Virus record (IMG/VR): IMGVR_UViG_3300027763_000029 | Strand: one strand, 5' to 3' | DNA: 64,000 nt | Origin: a virus | In this document: one piece after another, positions 18,746 through 26,783 of the stretch | Position numbering within the stretch: position 1 is the first letter of the stretch | How the letters are laid out: each line of letters starts with the position of its first letter | Program-made: the position numbers and the translations under genes | Notes under the pieces: generated by a model | Database searches by the model: none | Seen by the model: the letters and a program-made list of their open reading frames with translations, nothing else | Told to the model about the DNA's origin: nothing

Positions 18746-19208
18746 TGAATGGGATAAGATTCTTGACGAATATGAAAAGAATATTGGTCTTGGATCTTAT
18801 AGAGCAGACTCTTTCCCAGAAGAGGAGCTTAATAACTATTTTCAAATGAGTAGGGATGAACTAGAAAAAACAACCCCAGAGGTTTGTGGGGAAATAGCAT
18901 ACAGATTAGGTCAGTTCGCATTTCATGTGCAGAGATCAATAAATAGAGAGCTTTCTAGATTAAACTGGGCCGATGAGACTATTAAAGAAACAATTGCTGA
19001 AGAGATTAATAATTATAAGGGATATGGATATATTGAAAAGTCTTTTCAGGCCATTAAGAATAATGAGAAAGCATCAGCATTAAATAAGATTAAAAAATAT
19101 GCTAAACAAAGAAGTGATAGACTTCAATATTTAGCAAATAGTATTAAACACTTATCTGATATTATGTTATCTATTCAAAGAGCAAAGGTGAAAAATGGAC
19201 CTCAGTGA
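18723..19208 (+). CDS. Helical hypothetical protein, possibly a recombination mediator
   Basis: All-alpha composition and position next to recA. The function is inferred only. Confidence 0.5.
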   Translation: MNTKEQVNEWDKILDEYEKNIGLGSYRADSFPEEELNNYFQMSRDELEKTTPEVCGEIAYRLGQFAFHVQRSINRELSRLNWADETIKETIAEEINNYKGYGYIEKSFQAIKNNEKASALNKIKKYAKQRSDRLQYLANSIKHLSDIMLSIQRAKVKNGPQ

Positions 19209-19572
19209 ACTAAGTAAAAATCCCGACCAGCTAAAACAGCTTATCTCCTTACTACAGAATATGCTACCGTCAGACGATTCTGATGAAAGCAGCGAGGAGA
19301 CTAGTCCCATTAAAACAAAGAGTTCGAGAAAGCCAAAAGGCCAAACACAAAACTCTAATAAGTTTTTAAATATGCCAGAAATGAATATGCATAAAGAGGA
19401 TACTGAGATAGATAAAAGACTATCGAAGCATCCTCCAGTTGCAAGAGCTAGAGAGTTTGAGCCAATAGTAGTTAGGTGTAGAATTTGCGGTAAAGAAGAA
19501 ACTCTAAGTCCTTCATTGGTCGAGTCTCCATCAAGATATAAATGTAATAAGTGTTCATCATCAGCAGGATAA
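19195..19572 (+). CDS. Hypothetical protein with a C-terminal Zn finger
   Basis: CRICG...CNKC. Confidence 0.65.
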   Translation: MDLSELSKNPDQLKQLISLLQNMLPSDDSDESSEETSPIKTKSSRKPKGQTQNSNKFLNMPEMNMHKEDTEIDKRLSKHPPVARAREFEPIVVRCRICGKEETLSPSLVESPSRYKCNKCSSSAG

Positions 19573-19575
19573 ATT

Positions 19576-21045
19576 ATGATTTTGTGTGATCCATCAGCCG
19601 AAAGAGCTGTATTGAGTGGTATGCTCCAATATGGAGAAGAAGTATTTCTTGATATAGGAGATATTGTTCAAGAGGAATCTTTTACTATTGACAGTAATCA
19701 GGTTCTATTCAAGTGCTGTAAGCATATCTTTGAAAAGGGACAATCAGTATCTACTATAGACATAGCTTCTATATATTCGTCCGCTCAAGAACTAGGAATG
19801 TCTCATATTCTTAGTCAGAAAGAAGAAGCCCAACATCTAAAGGCTATTAAAGATTTTCCGGTTAATAAGGAAAATATTAGAAAATTTGCAGCCAAGATCA
19901 GAAAGCTTGAGATAGCTAGACTACTACATAAGGAACTAGGCAATACTCAGGAAAAGCTGCTAGATATATCAGGATCAGAATCAATATCATCTATTATTGG
20001 TATCGCAGAAGATTCAATATTCAACTTCTCATCCTCACTGAATAACGATAACGATAATGCTCCAACATTCATGTCTGCTGGGTTAGATGAGTATATCGAA
20101 TATCTACAAAATAATAAGATCGATCAGGTTGGTATTTCCACAGGGTTCCCTGTTTATGATCAGTCAATAGGTGGAGGACTAAGAAAAGGAACAATCAATG
20201 TTATCGGAGCAAGACCAAAAGTTGGTAAAACCCTCTTATCTGATAACATAGGTTACCATATAGCAAAACAAAATATTCCAGTATTAAATATGGATACTGA
20301 AATGAATAAAGAAGATCATATCCATAGAATTTTAGCTATGAGTACAGAAATTGAGATCAACAAGATTGAGACTGGCAAATTTACAGAGTCTCCTATTAAT
20401 GCTAAGAAAATAGAACAAGCAGTTAAGGATCTTAAAGCCGCACCGCTTTATCATAAGTCTATCGCTGGAAAACCATTCGATGAACAATTAGCCATTATGA
20501 GAAGGTGGCTAGTTAAGGACGTTGGTTTAAATGATGATGGAACAGCTAAGGATTGTGTTATTATATATGACTATCTAAAGTTAATGGATTCTGGTGGAAT
20601 ATCTCAAGACCTAAAAGAATATCAGGTTCTAGGTTTTATGATGACTGCGCTACATAATTTTGCTGTTAAATATAAGGTTCCAATACTTTCTTTTATTCAG
20701 CTTAATCGTGATGGCATATCTAAAGAGAGTACCGATTCTGCAAGTGGTTCAGATAGAATTATCTGGCTATGCAGTAACTTTTCCATATTCAAAAGAAAGT
20801 CTGACGAAGAGATTGCCGAAGATGGAGGAAAATCTGGTAATCGTAAACTAGTACCAGTAATTAGTAGGCACGGTGGAGGATTGGATGACAACGACTACAT
20901 TAATTGTCATATGAAGGGTTGGTGTGCCAAGATTACCGAAGGTCAGACCAAGCTAGAGATAATGCATAATAACAAATCAAACTCAGACGGATTTTTAATC
21001 GATGCCAATAATAATGAACAAAATCAAGAAATCCCATTCGTATGA
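19576..21045 (+). CDS. dnaB: Replicative DNA helicase DnaB
   Basis: AERAVL, GISTGF, GARPKVGKT, IIYDYLKLM and IQLNR. Confidence 0.95.
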   Translation: MILCDPSAERAVLSGMLQYGEEVFLDIGDIVQEESFTIDSNQVLFKCCKHIFEKGQSVSTIDIASIYSSAQELGMSHILSQKEEAQHLKAIKDFPVNKENIRKFAAKIRKLEIARLLHKELGNTQEKLLDISGSESISSIIGIAEDSIFNFSSSLNNDNDNAPTFMSAGLDEYIEYLQNNKIDQVGISTGFPVYDQSIGGGLRKGTINVIGARPKVGKTLLSDNIGYHIAKQNIPVLNMDTEMNKEDHIHRILAMSTEIEINKIETGKFTESPINAKKIEQAVKDLKAAPLYHKSIAGKPFDEQLAIMRRWLVKDVGLNDDGTAKDCVIIYDYLKLMDSGGISQDLKEYQVLGFMMTALHNFAVKYKVPILSFIQLNRDGISKESTDSASGSDRIIWLCSNFSIFKRKSDEEIAEDGGKSGNRKLVPVISRHGGGLDDNDYINCHMKGWCAKITEGQTKLEIMHNNKSNSDGFLIDANNNEQNQEIPFV

Positions 21046-22168
21046 TCAAGCAAAACTGAAATACGTTTCAGATGCTTTATGTGAAAATATTGAAGAACTT
21101 CTAGACACTCTAGGAATAGAGGGGTATAAGAATCTTGGTAAGCTTATTGCTATGAGTTGTCCAATTCATGGTGGAGATAATGAGTCTGCACTTAATATTT
21201 ATCATCAAGGTGACTCATATAGAGGTAACTGGAAGTGTAGAACTCATCAGTGTGAAGAAACATTTAAAGGATCAATTATAGGATTCATTAGAGGATGTTT
21301 ATCTCACAATACTTATGGTTGGGTAAAGTCTGGAGATAAGCTATGCTCATTCAAAGAAGCGCTAGATTTTGCAACAGCTTTTATACGAGAAGATTTTTCT
21401 AGCATAAAGATATCGAGAAAAGCTAAAGAAAAAACGGCCTTTGTTAATACGGTTAAATACATTAGCAACAATAATCAAGACGATAGTCCAAAGATATCAA
21501 AAGATGTAATTAGGAGAAGTCTATCTATTCCTTCTGATTATTTTCTTAACAGAGGATTTTCCGCCCTAACTCTGAACAACTATGATGTAGGAGACTGTCG
21601 GGTTCAAGGTAAAGAGATGAATGGGAGGGCCGTGGTTCCGATATACGACCCTGATTTTAAATACATGGTCGGTTGTACCGGACGAAGTATATATGAGAAA
21701 TGCCCACAATGCAAAGCATACCACGACCCAAAAACAAGCTGTCCATCTGCTGATTCTTTATGGAAATACTCAAAATGGAGACATAATACTGGATTTAAAA
21801 CCCAAGAACATTTGTATAATTTTTGGATTGCACAGCATAGAATCAAAGAAACATCATGCGTTATTCTTGTTGAAAGCCCAGGAAATGTTTGGAGATTGTC
21901 TGAAGCGGGTATACTTAATGCTGTAGCAATATTTGGCTCATCATTGAGTGATCGTCAGAAAATGATTTTGGACACTTCTGGTGCCATGACCATTATTACT
22001 ATAATGGACAATGACGATGCTGGTCAAAAGGCGGCTATTCAAATAAAGCAGAAATGCGAAAAAACATATAATATCAAAAATATCTCTCCTAGTAAAGAAG
22101 ACATAGCTTCAATGAGTATTGAAGAAATTAATAACGAAATTAAACCTCTAATTAAAGACTTTATATGA
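21014..22168 (+). CDS. dnaG: DnaG-like DNA primase (CHC2 Zn finger plus TOPRIM)
   Basis: CPIHGGDN...WKCRTHQC, LVESPGN and MDNDDAG. The start could be 21002 or 21014. Confidence 0.85.
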   Translation: MNKIKKSHSYDQAKLKYVSDALCENIEELLDTLGIEGYKNLGKLIAMSCPIHGGDNESALNIYHQGDSYRGNWKCRTHQCEETFKGSIIGFIRGCLSHNTYGWVKSGDKLCSFKEALDFATAFIREDFSSIKISRKAKEKTAFVNTVKYISNNNQDDSPKISKDVIRRSLSIPSDYFLNRGFSALTLNNYDVGDCRVQGKEMNGRAVVPIYDPDFKYMVGCTGRSIYEKCPQCKAYHDPKTSCPSADSLWKYSKWRHNTGFKTQEHLYNFWIAQHRIKETSCVILVESPGNVWRLSEAGILNAVAIFGSSLSDRQKMILDTSGAMTIITIMDNDDAGQKAAIQIKQKCEKTYNIKNISPSKEDIASMSIEEINNEIKPLIKDFI

Positions 22169-22887
22169 TCATAGGATTTTCAGGAAAAAAGCAGTCGGGC
22201 AAGAGTACATCGAGCAATTTTATAATCTCCCTATTTATTGCTCAATTAGAAATAGCTCAAAAGGTATCAATAAATCCAAATGGACAAATAGTAGTTTCGG
22301 ATCTTTTAAATGATAGAAACTATGCTGGAATATTCGATCTATCTAATATTAATAGAAATGACTTTATACTAAATAAGGTAGTTGAAAAATTAGAGAAACA
22401 CATTAAAGTATATAGTTTTGCTGATCCACTAAAAAAAGATATTTGTATGAATATCCTGGGACTAACGTATGAACAATGTTATGGATCAGATGAAGAAAAA
22501 AATACCTTAACAGACTTAACATGGGATGATAAACAGCTTTCTGGAAGAGAGGCTATGGAAATTATTGGAACCAATATTTTTCGTACTCTTAAAAATAATG
22601 TTTGGGTAGAAGCAACCATAAAAAAGATCAAAGAAGAAAAACCTTCCATAGCTATTATCGCTGACTGTAGATTCCCAAACGAAGCTGATAGTATTAAGAC
22701 AGAGGGTGGTAAGGTACTTAGATTAACCAGAAATCCTTTTAATTCATCAGCCAAAGCTGAAGTAGCATTGGATAAAGAAAACTATGATTGGTCTAATTTT
22801 GATTATATTTGCGATAATGAAAATATGAACATATATGATCAATGCATGGATATACAAAAATTTTTACAGGAGATTCTACCATTATAG
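22165..22887 (+). CDS. Deoxynucleoside monophosphate kinase
   Basis: MIIGFSGKKQSGKST, SFADPLK and IADCRFPNE. Confidence 0.85.
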   Translation: MIIGFSGKKQSGKSTSSNFIISLFIAQLEIAQKVSINPNGQIVVSDLLNDRNYAGIFDLSNINRNDFILNKVVEKLEKHIKVYSFADPLKKDICMNILGLTYEQCYGSDEEKNTLTDLTWDDKQLSGREAMEIIGTNIFRTLKNNVWVEATIKKIKEEKPSIAIIADCRFPNEADSIKTEGGKVLRLTRNPFNSSAKAEVALDKENYDWSNFDYICDNENMNIYDQCMDIQKFLQEILPL

Positions 22888-23924
22888 TCACATACTTTAG
22901 AAGTAGTTCATATAACACACACTCAATGTGCGAGCAGCAATATTTTCTCGAATATGTTCTTGGCTATCGTGGTCCATCGGGCCAAAAAGCCGATAAAGGA
23001 ACCATAGTTCATAAAGTCTTAGAAATACTAGCAGTTATAAAAAAGGCACAGCAAGATGATGTTAAAGTTATCGATGATGATGTGGTAGGAAAAGTAAATA
23101 TCTCAAACTATAGCTTGAATGTTATTATAGAGGAAGTATATAAGCATTATTCAGAAGCTAATTCTCATCACAAGTGGGCATTGAAAGACTATAAAGATTG
23201 TCACGCATGGGTTTACAAAGCAATAGAATTTAATGATGGTATGTTCGATCCAAGGAATAGACATATACTATGTCCAGAGCAACATTTTGATATCGAGATT
23301 AAAAAACCTTGGGCAGCATATTCTTATGATACTCCAGAAGGTAAGCTAGAAGGTAATTTGGGTATTAAGGGTACTATAGACCTTATAACCTTAGTAAACG
23401 ACAATACTATTGAAATTATTGACTGGAAAACTGGTAGAAGATTAGATTGGGCGACTGGTAAGGAAAAGACCTTAGAAAAACTACAGACTGATCCACAGTT
23501 AAGAATATATCATTATGCTATTAGTCATTTGTATCCTCACATAGACCACATTATATTTTCTATCTATTTTATCAATGACGGTGGACCTTTTTCGATATGT
23601 TTTGATAAATCAGATCTTTCTAAGACAGAGGATATGTTACGTCAAAAATTTGAGGTGGTTAAGAATACAAGAAGGCCAAGACTTAATAAAACTTGGATGT
23701 GTACAAAATTATGCCATTTTGGTAAAACAACATTCGACAATACTCACATACAACCGCAAGTAGAATATAGAGAAAATCAAACTTGCAGTCTTGGTTCAAC
23801 AATGACAAAATGTGAACAAATTAAACATGATATTGATCTGAATGGTATGGATTCTGTTGTAAAAGAGTATAAGAATAAGAATCACTCATTTGCAAAGTAC
23901 AAAGCACCCGGAACCACAGAATGA
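22881..23924 (+). CDS. Cas4/RecB-like PD-(D/E)XK exonuclease
   Basis: SSSYN..SMCEQQY, GTIVHKVLE, GTIDL, IIDWKTG, QLRIY and C-terminal Cys. The start is uncertain: ATT 22881 after AGGAG, or ATG 22842. Confidence 0.8.
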   Translation: MIVTYFRSSSYNTHSMCEQQYFLEYVLGYRGPSGQKADKGTIVHKVLEILAVIKKAQQDDVKVIDDDVVGKVNISNYSLNVIIEEVYKHYSEANSHHKWALKDYKDCHAWVYKAIEFNDGMFDPRNRHILCPEQHFDIEIKKPWAAYSYDTPEGKLEGNLGIKGTIDLITLVNDNTIEIIDWKTGRRLDWATGKEKTLEKLQTDPQLRIYHYAISHLYPHIDHIIFSIYFINDGGPFSICFDKSDLSKTEDMLRQKFEVVKNTRRPRLNKTWMCTKLCHFGKTTFDNTHIQPQVEYRENQTCSLGSTMTKCEQIKHDIDLNGMDSVVKEYKNKNHSFAKYKAPGTTE

Positions 23925-23936
23925 TATTTCGGTCGC

Positions 23937-23964
23937 TTGACAACACCCGTTCGTATCGTACAAT
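23937..23964 (+). promoter_or_regulatory. Sigma70-type promoter for dnaE
   Basis: TTGACA (23937-42), 16-nt spacer, TACAAT (23959-64). Confidence 0.7.
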
Positions 23965-23984
23965 ACATCGAGTCAGTTTCTCAT

Positions 23985-24076
23985 TGACCCACCCCCAAAA
24001 TACCAAAAGAAGGAAAATAAAAGATGGACGTGAATAAGAGGTATATTCCTCTGCACGTCCATTCTTAAGTGGGTCA
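23985..24076 (+). other. Structured RNA element spanning the dnaE leader, first segment and 11-nt insert
   Basis: TGACCCAC (23985-92) pairs with GTGGGTCA (24069-76), ATGGACGTG (24024-32) with CACGTCCAT (24054-62), and AGAGG (24037-41) with CCTCT (24048-52). Confidence 0.7.
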
Positions 24077-25909
24077 CACTACTCACTTTTGGATGGACTA
24101 TCTAAGCCTGCACAAATTGCAAAAAGATGTAATACTCTTGGAGTAACTTCGTGTGCAATTACTGACCACGGAACAATATCTGGAACTGTGCAGTTTTACC
24201 AGTCAATGAAATCTAATGGTATCAAACCCATTTTAGGTTGTGAACTATATATCAGCGAAGATGATTCTCACATAAAGACTAAAGAAAATAGTAAGCTTGG
24301 ACATTTTATAGTTTTAGCTAAGAATAAAAAGGGATGGGCTAGTTTAATCAGAATAATATCTGAATCTAATAGTAAGCATAATTTTTATCATAAGCCAAGA
24401 TTGAGCTTTAATAGATTACAAGAATTCTTAGATGGTAATCTAATTGGTTTTTGTGGTCACTTAGGATCAGTATTAGCAAATAAGATACTAAGATCCAAAG
24501 ATGATTCCGAAAAAGAAGCTATTGAAATGATAGCTAAGATGAAGGATATGTTTGGTAAAGATAATTTCTTTCTAGAGTCTCAACTCATGGATAGAGAACA
24601 TATACCAGAACAGATTCAGTTAACAGATTTGATAAGAAAACTTGGATCAATAACTAAAACAAAAGTAATATGCACACCAGATGCTCATTATTGCGATAAA
24701 TCTGATGCTGTTGATCAAAGGATCCTTTTATGTAATAATCTAAAGACTACTCTTGTTGATATCAATAAAAAGATACTTAATAATGAAGATGTTCCTATGG
24801 GATGTTTTTTTAAGTCAGATAATTATTACATATTGTCTCCAGAAGAAATGGCTGATTTACACACTCAAGAAGAAATAGATAATACTAATCATGTAGATTC
24901 TATGATAGAGTCATATGATATTCTAAATAAACCTGCTCTTCCAAATTTTGAATGTCCAAAAGGATTTAATCCAGATGAATATCTAAGAGAATTATGCAGA
25001 AATGGTTGGAGAGATAAGATAGCCAATAATATTCCAAAGGATAAACAACAAATCTATGTTGATAGAATTAAGGAAGAATTGGATGTTTTGCAGGGCGCTG
25101 GGCTGTCCAGCTACTTTCTTATCATTCAAGACATACTTAACAATGTAAAGTCTAATAATTGGCTTCCGGGACCAGGAAGAGGATCTGCTGCTGGATGTTT
25201 AGTATCCTACTTAATAGGAATTACTGCTATAGATCCTATAAAGTATGATCTATTGTTCAGTAGATTTTATAATTCTGGTCGAAATACTGCTGACCGTATT
25301 TCCATGCCAGATATAGATGTTGATGTACCAATTAACAAAAGAGAAGAAATCATCTCATATATTAAAAATAAGTATGGAAGCAATAAGGTATCTCAAATGA
25401 TAACTTATAATACTATGAAAGGCCGTGGAGCCTTAAAGGAAGTATTAAGAGTATATGGCAACGTGGCATTTGAAGAGATGAATCGTATAACAAAATACAT
25501 CCCGGATGAAGCAAAAATTGCAGACGAATTGCAAGAAATGAAAGAAGATACTGGCGAAGCATCCATTATTCGTTGGGCATTAGAAAACAATGTTGACAAA
25601 CTCAAGGAGTGGTGCTATATTAATGAGGAAGGAGAATTAGCCGGTCCTCTGGCCAAGCGTTTTGAACAGGCTATTCGTTTGGAAGGAACTAAATCTAATC
25701 AATCAAAACACGCTGCTGGTATTGTAATTAGTATAGATGAATTGAGTAATGTTTGCCCCATGATTTATGATTCAAAAAATGATCAACTTATTGCGGGCAT
25801 GGAAATGCAGGACCTGGAATCTTTGGGTGTAATTAAATTTGATATTCTAGGCGTAGCTATGCTAGATAAGATTATGACTATTTCTGACCTATTAAAAAAT
25901 GGAGAATAA
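24024..25909 (+). CDS. dnaE: DNA polymerase III alpha, N-terminal part (PHP plus catalytic core), with the reading frame interrupted by an 11-nt insert near 24066-24076
   Basis: AAGGA SD, then ATG 24024 giving MDVNKRYIPLHVHS*. HYSLLDG resumes at 24077 in another frame. AITDHG, TPDAHY, GPGRGSAAG, SMPDIDVD and KFDILG follow. Confidence 0.9.
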
Positions 25910-25911
25910 CC

Positions 25912-26088
25912 ATGGAAAAGACTTTCGGTGAAGTAGCGGTAGGAGAAAATTTTAGCGTAAATGGTTCTGAGTATACCAAGGTAAATGCTGTAAAAGTTAG
26001 TTGTTGTCAGTCTATTAATGCTCATTTGGTAGATGACGCTAACTCAAGAGTATTTTTTACCGATAACCTAATGGTGGTGGTCAATTAA
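25912..26088 (+). CDS. 58-aa hypothetical protein missing from the ORF track
   Basis: GGAG SD, MEKTFGEVAVGENFSVNGSEYTKVNAVKVSCCQSINAH...VVVN*, and TAATG overlap with the exonuclease. Confidence 0.7.
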   Translation: MEKTFGEVAVGENFSVNGSEYTKVNAVKVSCCQSINAHLVDDANSRVFFTDNLMVVVN

Positions 26089-26783
26089 TGCCTAATTTTC
26101 AAAAAATTTGTGTTTTCGATCTGGAGACTGACGGTATTAATCCAGAGAAATGTAGTCCTGTTCAGATAGCTGCCATAATTATAGATCCTCTTAAACTACA
26201 AGTAGTGCCAGACTCCGAGTTTAATATTAGTATTAAGCCAGAAGCATTGATAGATAATCCAGAATATGACTATGCAGATAGTGATGTGTTGGATTTTCAT
26301 GCAAAGGTGAGAGGTTCTTCTAAAGAGGATATTCTAAAAGAATGGAAGTCTTATCAGAAGCAGGATCATGGATGGAAAATGTTTACATCATACCTGGATA
26401 TGTATCATACAAGATCCGAAAGAAAATCTTGTTTTAGTGCTCCCATTGCTGCGGGATATAACATAAATAGGTTTGATCTGAAAATTATTGAGAGACTTAG
26501 TACAAAATATGACAATCTCAATAAAGAGGGCAAGTCTAGTCTATTTTATCCTAGAGATGTTGTAGACTTGATGAATATGGTATTTTATTGGTTTGAAGGT
26601 AACAATGAGCTTAAAAATTATACTCTAGATAATCTTAGAGATTATTTAGGTATATCAAAAGAAGGTGCTCATGATGCTCTGAAAGACGTAAAAGATACTG
26701 CTGATATATTAATTAGGTTTTTAAAATTGCATAGGAATTTATCTAACAAGATAAAATTTAAGGGGTCATTTGCGAATGTCTGA
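26088..26783 (+). CDS. DEDDh 3'-5' exonuclease (DnaQ/epsilon-like)
   Basis: VFDLETDG, AGYNINRFD and HDALKD. Confidence 0.9.
   Translation: MPNFQKICVFDLETDGINPEKCSPVQIAAIIIDPLKLQVVPDSEFNISIKPEALIDNPEYDYADSDVLDFHAKVRGSSKEDILKEWKSYQKQDHGWKMFTSYLDMYHTRSERKSCFSAPIAAGYNINRFDLKIIERLSTKYDNLNKEGKSSLFYPRDVVDLMNMVFYWFEGNNELKNYTLDNLRDYLGISKEGAHDALKDVKDTADILIRFLKLHRNLSNKIKFKGSFANV

Noticed and set aside
22881-23924. CRISPR-Cas system suggested by the Cas4-like nuclease
   Set aside because: No repeat-spacer array or other cas genes were seen. Solo Cas4-like nucleases are common in phage replication modules.
24038-24088. Simple -1 frameshift as the explanation for the dnaE break
   Set aside because: The -1 frame is open from 24038, but there is no X XXY YYZ slippery site and the product would carry 4 extra residues within the PHP motif. 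Disfavoured, not excluded.
24089-25909. ORF-track start of dnaE at TTG 24089
   Set aside because: It falls inside the YSLLDG motif, lacks an SD, and omits the HxH ligands encoded at 24054-24062.
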